Below, in pieces: positions 57,621-64,000 of a DNA stretch of 64,000 nucleotides. The position numbers and the translations under genes are program-made. This stretch comes from a virus, in the IMG/VR virus record IMGVR_UViG_3300017759_002599, positions 7,303 to 71,302 of that record. One strand, 5' to 3'. How positions within the stretch are numbered: position 1 is the stretch's first letter; every line of letters starts with the position of its first letter. The notes below the pieces were generated by a model that was given only the letters and a program-made list of their open reading frames with translations, ran no database searches and was not told the origin of the DNA.

Positions 57621-59000
57621 ATGCTGACGCTAAAGCGACCTTCTATGGACATCACTCTTCTCAAGAGTGGGTCTGACTTGGTTGTTGCAGGTTATGCATC
57701 GGTTGAACTTGTCGATAAGCAAGGCGACCTTATTACTCGTGGTGCTCTAAAGGATGCATTTGACGGGTTCATGAAGAGTGAGAAGTACCGCAACGTACAA
57801 CTGGCTCACTCAAACATCCAAGTTGGTGAAGTCTTGGATTCTTACGTAGACAGCAATGGCCGAATGTGGAAGTCCGAATGTGACGACACTGGCATGTTTG
57901 TTGTTGTTCAACTCCGCAATGATATTGAGAAGGCTCGTGAAGTAGCCGCCGAGATTCGCAAGGGTAACCTTCGTGGATTCTCAATTGGAGGACAAGCATT
58001 CAAGCGAGTGCGAAAGTCTGACAACATCAAAGGCGACTACCAAGAGATTTCAAAAATGGAATTGCACGAAATTACGATTTGTGAGAAGGGTATTAACCCT
58101 GAAGCACAATTCAGTATACTAAAGGAGGACACAAATATGACAAATGAAGTTGATTTGAACAGCGTTATGGAACGATTAGAAGCCCGACTTGATGCAATGG
58201 AAAAGGGAGAAATTCCTCCTCAACTCCGTGAGCATATCAAGGATAAGAAAGATGACGAACCAAAAGAAGAAAAGAAAGATGGTGAAGACATGAAAGAAGA
58301 AAAGAAAGATGACGACAAAATGGCGTACATGAAAGGTGAAGAATTTGGTGATGTAATTACATCCGAATACCTCAACTGGATGGAAGACACATTGAAGTCG
58401 GCTGGAGTCGATATTGGTACTGCTCGTGCTCACTTTGACGACTTGGCTAAGGCTCAACTTGGTGGATTCGACAACCCTGACTCCGTTGACGGTGCTGATT
58501 ACTTTGGTGGTCAAGTTCGTGGACGAGGACAAGAAGGCGGTTCTCCTTCCACTGGTGCTATCTCCGCACTCACAGCAGGTGGCGGTAAGCAACCTGCCGG
58601 CGCAATGGGTCCAGCACAACTCTCAAAGAGTTACCTCAATGAAGGTAATGTTTCCCCAGCCGACATTGAGAATGCATACGAAGTATACAAGGCTGCATCT
58701 ATGGAGCAAAACTTCCGTAACAACTTGGAAGCAAACTTTTCCCAGCGACTTGCAAAGGAACTCGAAATCGAGAAGCAAGAAGCAGACCGAAGCACCTTTG
58801 ATGCTCGTGGACCTCTTGAAGAAGTCCTCAAGTCAATCGGTAGCCTCTCCGAGCGCATTGATAACTTGAGCACCGAGAGCCACACCATCGCTAAGTCTGC
58901 TTCCTCCGCAAATGTTGAGATACCATCAACCCAAGACTTGGGTAACATGTCATGGGATGAGGTACACAACCTTGCAAGCAAAACGTTGAGGGGAGCCTGA
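57621..59000 (+). CDS. HK97-family prohead protease fused to scaffold
   Basis: VAGYASVELVDKQGD, LAH, GFSIGG, LHEITICEKGINPEA; charged C-terminal half. Confidence 0.93.
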   Translation: MLTLKRPSMDITLLKSGSDLVVAGYASVELVDKQGDLITRGALKDAFDGFMKSEKYRNVQLAHSNIQVGEVLDSYVDSNGRMWKSECDDTGMFVVVQLRNDIEKAREVAAEIRKGNLRGFSIGGQAFKRVRKSDNIKGDYQEISKMELHEITICEKGINPEAQFSILKEDTNMTNEVDLNSVMERLEARLDAMEKGEIPPQLREHIKDKKDDEPKEEKKDGEDMKEEKKDDDKMAYMKGEEFGDVITSEYLNWMEDTLKSAGVDIGTARAHFDDLAKAQLGGFDNPDSVDGADYFGGQVRGRGQEGGSPSTGAISALTAGGGKQPAGAMGPAQLSKSYLNEGNVSPADIENAYEVYKAASMEQNFRNNLEANFSQRLAKELEIEKQEADRSTFDARGPLEEVLKSIGSLSERIDNLSTESHTIAKSASSANVEIPSTQDLGNMSWDEVHNLASKTLRGA

Positions 59001-59018
59001 AATTAGGAGTTGAAGAAT

Positions 59019-60119
59019 ATGGCAAGAGATTACATCCGAAGCATTACAGACATGGAACGATATTACTACGGCGCAGGTAACGCCATGGGTTACTCCTACT
59101 CCGGTAGCGAGTTGCTCAAGGCTGACGCACCTATGCTGTCTACGACCGCAGGTACATACCAAGCAATCTACGGACGCAAGGTTTGGAGCCAGTTGAACCA
59201 AGAGTTCAACGCTTTCTCCATTCTACCAAAGCGACCGTGGGAGCGCAGTGGATGGCGAGTCATCACCGAGCGACCTTCTTTCACAGTTGGTGGCGGTGTT
59301 GCAGAAAACGCTACACTACCTGATACCACCAAGCCTACCTTCCAGCACATTGCAGCCAAGCCAAAGACAATTGTCCACACATTTGACATGAGCGAAACTG
59401 CAATGTTCCTTGCTGACAAGGACGATGGACTTGGTGACATCCGAAGCATCCTCAAGGAAGAGATGGGTAAGCACCACGCTGAACACATCAACCGAATGAT
59501 GACTGCTGACAAGGCAACCACCGCAGGGAACGATTTCGAGTCTCTCGACCGTGTTACTACTGGAGCATCCGCTTCTGCTAACGAGGACATTTACAGCATC
59601 GACCGAAGTGCAAACTCTTGGTCCCTCGCTGAACACAACGAGAACAGTGGTACAGACCGTGTGCTCTCCCTCGACCACCTTGACGACCTCTTCCAAAAGA
59701 TTTGGACTCGTGGTGGTAACCCGAAGGTTATCCTTACTGGATATGACACACTCATGCGTCTACAGCAACTCCTCCAGTCGCAACAGCGATTCATGGAAGA
59801 GAAGCGTGTCACCCCTACCTACAACGGTGTAAAGGGTGTACCCGGTATCGAGGCAGGTTTCATCGTTGCAACATACAACGGTGTCCCAATCATTCCTTCC
59901 AAGGATGTACAAACTGACACTCTAAGTCGTATGTACTTCCTCGACACTGACTATCTTTACTTCTCTACTGCAATCCCTACGCAGTACTTTGAGTCCGGAA
60001 TTGAAACTGGCGACCCATTCGCTATCAACCGTCTTGGACAAGAAGGTATGTACCGCACAATGGGAGAACTTTGGACTACTTTCTTTGGAGGTCACGGTTC
60101 CGTTCGGGATTTGAAGTGA
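59019..60119 (+). CDS. Major capsid protein (HK97 fold)
   Basis: Directly after the protease; ELLKADAP..AIYGRKVWSQLNQE..LPKRPW..GWRV; YNGVPII; YFLDTD. Confidence 0.92.
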   Translation: MARDYIRSITDMERYYYGAGNAMGYSYSGSELLKADAPMLSTTAGTYQAIYGRKVWSQLNQEFNAFSILPKRPWERSGWRVITERPSFTVGGGVAENATLPDTTKPTFQHIAAKPKTIVHTFDMSETAMFLADKDDGLGDIRSILKEEMGKHHAEHINRMMTADKATTAGNDFESLDRVTTGASASANEDIYSIDRSANSWSLAEHNENSGTDRVLSLDHLDDLFQKIWTRGGNPKVILTGYDTLMRLQQLLQSQQRFMEEKRVTPTYNGVKGVPGIEAGFIVATYNGVPIIPSKDVQTDTLSRMYFLDTDYLYFSTAIPTQYFESGIETGDPFAINRLGQEGMYRTMGELWTTFFGGHGSVRDLK

Positions 60120-60145
60120 GAAAAAAATTACGGAGATGATGAAAA

Positions 60146-60631
60146 ATGGTAGCAACAACAACAACAACAGAAAAAGGTCTAAGCATCAAAGTCGCTGATA
60201 GCGATTTTACACTTGTAGACATTCTTGTGGATTTGGACATGAGAACAGGAACACCAGTTGATGAAACAGGTTGGTTGAGTGGTAACGCAGGTGGTTCATA
60301 CCCCGGTTCACTCACTGGTTTCACTGCACAAAACACCGATGGTAACGCAGTAGGTAGTCTACGAATGGTTACTTTCACAGTAAACATTGTACAAGCAACA
60401 ACCGTTGAACCTTTGGTATTTTCAGCAGGTGCATCGAAAATCATGGGAATTGTCGGACTCGCTTCCGCAACTTCCGCAAAAGATGTCACAGCAACAATGA
60501 CCAACACAGGTAACGCAGGTGCAGATGCAACAGTCGCACCTCTTGCAACAACTGGTTCATTGCCTTGTCTTATCTTGGAATCAGAATCGGCAAATCAAGT
60601 AGTACAGGTAACTGTACTCCTACTCAACTGA
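60146..60631 (+). CDS. Putative minor capsid/decoration protein
   Basis: T/A/G/V-rich beta protein directly after MCP. Confidence 0.55.
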   Translation: MVATTTTTEKGLSIKVADSDFTLVDILVDLDMRTGTPVDETGWLSGNAGGSYPGSLTGFTAQNTDGNAVGSLRMVTFTVNIVQATTVEPLVFSAGASKIMGIVGLASATSAKDVTATMTNTGNAGADATVAPLATTGSLPCLILESESANQVVQVTVLLLN

Positions 60632-60643
60632 TGGTGAGGTTCC

Positions 60644-61006
60644 TTGCCCACGGTAACCTACACTGGTCCGTTCTTTGAACGAAGACGCAGGGATTCACCT
60701 GAATCATGGATTCGGGAAAAGTCTGTACCAGTAACCCAAGAGTGGCTCAATGAGTGGCGACATTCGCTTCCATTGAAGCATTTCAGGATTGAAGGTGACG
60801 AAGGAGTTACCGTGGACGGTGAAAATGATGGCATTCCTGACTCCGGATGGAGTCGAAAGGATGTACTCAATTGGTTGGATGAACAAAACGTTGATACACC
60901 AAGTGGGTACATGACCAAAACGAAGGCACTTGAACTCGTTGAGGCACATCTAAACCCGTCCGAGGAAGAGGAAACAACAGAAGAAATTACAGGAGATGAA
61001 GAATAA
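60644..61006 (+). CDS. Hypothetical virion protein with HeH/SAP-like C-terminal motif
   Basis: PDSGWSRKDVLNWL...TKTKALELV. Confidence 0.65.
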   Translation: MPTVTYTGPFFERRRRDSPESWIREKSVPVTQEWLNEWRHSLPLKHFRIEGDEGVTVDGENDGIPDSGWSRKDVLNWLDEQNVDTPSGYMTKTKALELVEAHLNPSEEEETTEEITGDEE

Positions 61007-61332
61007 TGGCAGTAACAATTGACCCACGACCAACCGTATTTGGTGACCGAATGATAGTAACAGGCTCATACGCAGCAGGTGATAATGCAATCGACTTAAG
61101 CAGTATGCTCGCAAGTATTGACTTTGCAGGTGCAAATTCAAGCGGTCCTATTGACTCACGACCTATCACAGACACAGGTGGTACGAACGACGAACAGTTT
61201 GTAGTATTTGGAGTCGATGTACGAATTGATGGTACAACCGTTCGCCTTGCGGCTGGATTGGCTGATGCACCAGTCATCAATACAGCACCAACACAAGCGG
61301 GTACTTTCATTGCAATCGGTCGTCGCTCTTGA
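61006..61332 (+). CDS. Putative structural protein
   Basis: MAVTIDPRPTVFGDRMIVTG; beta-rich. Confidence 0.7.
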   Translation: MAVTIDPRPTVFGDRMIVTGSYAAGDNAIDLSSMLASIDFAGANSSGPIDSRPITDTGGTNDEQFVVFGVDVRIDGTTVRLAAGLADAPVINTAPTQAGTFIAIGRRS

Positions 61333-61343
61333 GGTGACGACAC

Positions 61344-61547
61344 ATGGCATCACTAACTAAGGTTGGTTCAAAGATTATTGGACCTCTTTCACCAAAAGAG
61401 TTCAGTGACTTGAGCACGTTGGAAACAACCATCGACACCGCTATACAAGCGGTAAGCGATGCGAGTGCAACCAACGCAGTGCTTGGTACTGAATGCATTA
61501 CGGTGCTTGGTAACACGTTTATCGTCGTTCTTTACCAACTCGCTTGA
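61344..61547 (+). CDS. Hypothetical small structural protein
   Basis: GAGGTGA RBS; operon context. Confidence 0.65.
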   Translation: MASLTKVGSKIIGPLSPKEFSDLSTLETTIDTAIQAVSDASATNAVLGTECITVLGNTFIVVLYQLA

Positions 61548-61556
61548 GGTGAGTAG

Positions 61557-61847
61557 GTGGGATTCGAGGTACGCAACATTGACCTAAGCGACATGGCTCG
61601 TGCTGGTAAAGAAGGCGTACGCTTTGACGTGAGTAACGTAGCCGACAAAAAAGACAGTCCCTTAGCAGGGGTAACGAGTGCTCAACGCAACCGTAATCGT
61701 CATATCGGTGATGTGCTTAACATCGGAGCAGGGACACGTTGCACGCATTGCGGCTTTCTTCACTTTCTGTGGAGAGAAACCTGCGGGGCTTGCGACAAAC
61801 CTATGGAATACAACTTAGGCCATCGAGATGAAACCAAACGAGCGTGA
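61557..61847 (+). CDS. Zn-ribbon protein
   Basis: CTHC...CGAC. Confidence 0.7.
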   Translation: MGFEVRNIDLSDMARAGKEGVRFDVSNVADKKDSPLAGVTSAQRNRNRHIGDVLNIGAGTRCTHCGFLHFLWRETCGACDKPMEYNLGHRDETKRA

Positions 61848-61851
61848 TTTA

Positions 61852-62634
61852 ATGAGTAAAGTATTTGTAAAAGCAATAGCACCACACCGACAAAAGGTGT
61901 TGCAAGGCGACAAAGAGATGCGCTTGCAACAACTTGCAAACCGAATGATGGCTGACCAAATGCGTGAAAGCGGTCAAAGCCCTACTGGTGACATGTTCAC
62001 ACAAGGCCGTGACAAACTCATGAGGGACATGGTGATGAATCCTGAAGCCCACAATATCAAGTTCATGGGCGAAAGAGTACCCTTTGAGGGGCAAACTTTG
62101 GGAAGTTCGCTTAGTGAGCCTGACGTAGCAGGGGAGCAAGCGGCTATTGATGATGAATTTAAAGATGGTGAAACGCTTGAATCAAACAACATGATGCGTG
62201 ATACAAGAAGTGCTGAATCCTACAAGACTGGTGATACTTCACCTCAAATTGGTGATGAACGATTTTTTCCACCACCTCCTGATAGCACTCTACAAGACAA
62301 ACTTATAGCGGATAACATCTTATCTGAAATTCTTGACGAAAAAGGCAACCTAAAGCCTGACAATCAATTTATGGATAGGGAAGAAGACGAGGAAGATGAC
62401 GACCGCCCACAAAGCGAGGACGACCTCATGGACCGTATGGCTCGAAAGGCTGTACACCACATCAGCAGTTTCCGTGATGCTTGGATGGTCATAAAAAACG
62501 ACCCGTATGATTGGCAAGGTCAAGAATACGACACACATTGTCCAAGATGTAGCAAAGGTATTTATCGAGAAAATGAAGACGATTTGTTATTCATTCGTGA
62601 AATGGGCATGTGTACCGATTGTGCAATGAAGTGA
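61852..62634 (+). CDS. Acidic tagged protein with C-terminal Zn ribbon
   Basis: MSKVFVKA; SFRDAWMVIK then CPRC..CTDC. Confidence 0.75.
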   Translation: MSKVFVKAIAPHRQKVLQGDKEMRLQQLANRMMADQMRESGQSPTGDMFTQGRDKLMRDMVMNPEAHNIKFMGERVPFEGQTLGSSLSEPDVAGEQAAIDDEFKDGETLESNNMMRDTRSAESYKTGDTSPQIGDERFFPPPPDSTLQDKLIADNILSEILDEKGNLKPDNQFMDREEDEEDDDRPQSEDDLMDRMARKAVHHISSFRDAWMVIKNDPYDWQGQEYDTHCPRCSKGIYRENEDDLLFIREMGMCTDCAMK

Positions 62635-62647
62635 GGGAGGAGTATGT

Positions 62648-64000
62648 ATGCCAGTAGTATTCTCACCCGGTGAACCTGAAACAAGGCCACTCGACCCGAC
62701 TGCTACTGCGTACACAACCGCCCAAAGAGTTGCTGACCTCCTTGACATTGGACCGCAAGAAGCCATACTGATGTCGGCTACTGCTGATACCAACGCTGTG
62801 TACATCACAGGTACGGACTTTCGTAATCACGGATTTACTATTGGTGATAAAGTACGATTATACAGCGATGCTGACCCATTCGGTAAAGAAGACTTGGAGA
62901 TTTCAGACATAGGACCAAGCACAGGTGGTGACAGTGCGGGTACAGGTCACGTCAAAATTACGTTTACTACTTCACCGATTACTGTTTCAGAATACGAAGT
63001 AGCCGACAATGGGTACGTACAAAATCAAGCCTCGTTTACCAACGGTAAAACACGAGGTATGACCAAAGCCAAAGTAGACCACGTTATCCTCAAGATGCAA
63101 GACCGCATTGATAACGTAACACACAACGCTTGGCGACCATACTTGGTGAGTGCCGAATACATTAACTTCGATACCTACAAACCATACCGACGACGGTACT
63201 ATACAGATTATGTTGGTACTGCACCACTTTTATTCCGCAATGTTCAACAAATGCTTCGTATTGAGTTGTGGCAAGGTGATGACTATCGAGAGATATGCGG
63301 TGCGGAGGCACGTATTAAGTTTGATGATGTGTCTAATCTATCGAGCGCAGGTATCTATATCTCAACTGGTAACGGTAGTGTTGCATCTCTTGAACAAGGC
63401 ACTGGTTCAGGACAATGGCGTGACGATTTTGATGCTACAACTGTTGCTCAAAATTTTGCGGATTTAGTAAACAAGGAAGACCGTGTAAACAAAACAACCG
63501 TTGAGTTTTCTCCATCGTTCAAGTTAGAAGGTTCTACGTCAAACGTGGGTGTCCATAACGAGGTCTTAGCAACGGCAAACAGTGATTATGGTACAGGTGT
63601 GGTAAAATTAACCTCAATGCGTCAAGTGAAAGCAGGTGAAACGTGCAGTATTGTTACAACAAATTCCGATATTGAAATCTCACAAACGCAAACAAATACG
63701 GCAACTGTAACCAGTGTATCATCGACCACTGTCAATGTAAACTCTACAACTGGCTTTGTAAATGCAGGTGTTTGTGTCAAAGGTGACACAGTATTTCGTT
63801 ACTTACGTAAAACAGCAACTTCGTTTTTAGATTGTGTCGTTGTCACTGGTTCAGCGTTAGGTGACATTAGTGGTACAATCACTCAAGAGTCGTTTTTGGT
63901 AGACCTACAAGGTGGCTCAAGCAGTGGAGATATGGCACGTCTACGTGACTGGTGGCTTGACCACGAGCAAGGTATTGTTTACTTCAATAACTCATATCCA
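62648..64000 (+). CDS. Putative head-tail adaptor with beta-rich insertions, 3' end outside window
   Basis: Open frame MPVVFSPGEP..AYTTAQRVADLL..QDRIDNVTHNAWR..DWWLDHEQGIVYF runs to the window end. Confidence 0.6.
   Translation, partial: MPVVFSPGEPETRPLDPTATAYTTAQRVADLLDIGPQEAILMSATADTNAVYITGTDFRNHGFTIGDKVRLYSDADPFGKEDLEISDIGPSTGGDSAGTGHVKITFTTSPITVSEYEVADNGYVQNQASFTNGKTRGMTKAKVDHVILKMQDRIDNVTHNAWRPYLVSAEYINFDTYKPYRRRYYTDYVGTAPLLFRNVQQMLRIELWQGDDYREICGAEARIKFDDVSNLSSAGIYISTGNGSVASLEQGTGSGQWRDDFDATTVAQNFADLVNKEDRVNKTTVEFSPSFKLEGSTSNVGVHNEVLATANSDYGTGVVKLTSMRQVKAGETCSIVTTNSDIEISQTQTNTATVTSVSSTTVNVNSTTGFVNAGVCVKGDTVFRYLRKTATSFLDCVVVTGSALGDISGTITQESFLVDLQGGSSSGDMARLRDWWLDHEQGIVYFNNSYP

Overview
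This window is about 64 kb of a tailed archaeal dsDNA virus genome. The HK97-type capsid and protease, PCNA/RFC replication genes, TATA boxes and GGTGA/GGAGG ribosome-binding sites fit a Magrovirus-like virus of marine Group II Euryarchaeota; that taxonomy is inferred, not searched. The left arm (1-27.9 kb, minus strand) holds replication genes (clamp, ATPase, SSB, RFC, a degenerate ligase, PC4) and many small early/accessory genes driven by 11 copies of a conserved 20-bp TATA promoter repeat. A repeat-rich non-coding switch lies at about 27.9-28.3 kb. The right arm (28.3-64 kb, mostly plus strand) is the late/virion module: terminase, portal, a giant protein with an inactive ligase domain, prohead protease, major capsid protein and head-tail proteins. 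Main candidates for novelty: (1) a family of late 'cargo' polyproteins in which variable enzyme-like modules (GNAT, ART-like, HNH-like, ParB-like, Zn finger), several with PCNA PIP boxes, are bracketed by a recurring EPMxxA(W/I)xxLLK tag that resembles the putative capsid-protease site; (2) an operon with an Arf/Rab-like small GTPase and three membrane proteins; (3) early genes arranged as cassettes flanked by direct repeats of RBS/stop/start junctions; (4) two related origin-like non-coding elements at 26.3 and 34.7 kb. All family calls come from motif recognition by eye.
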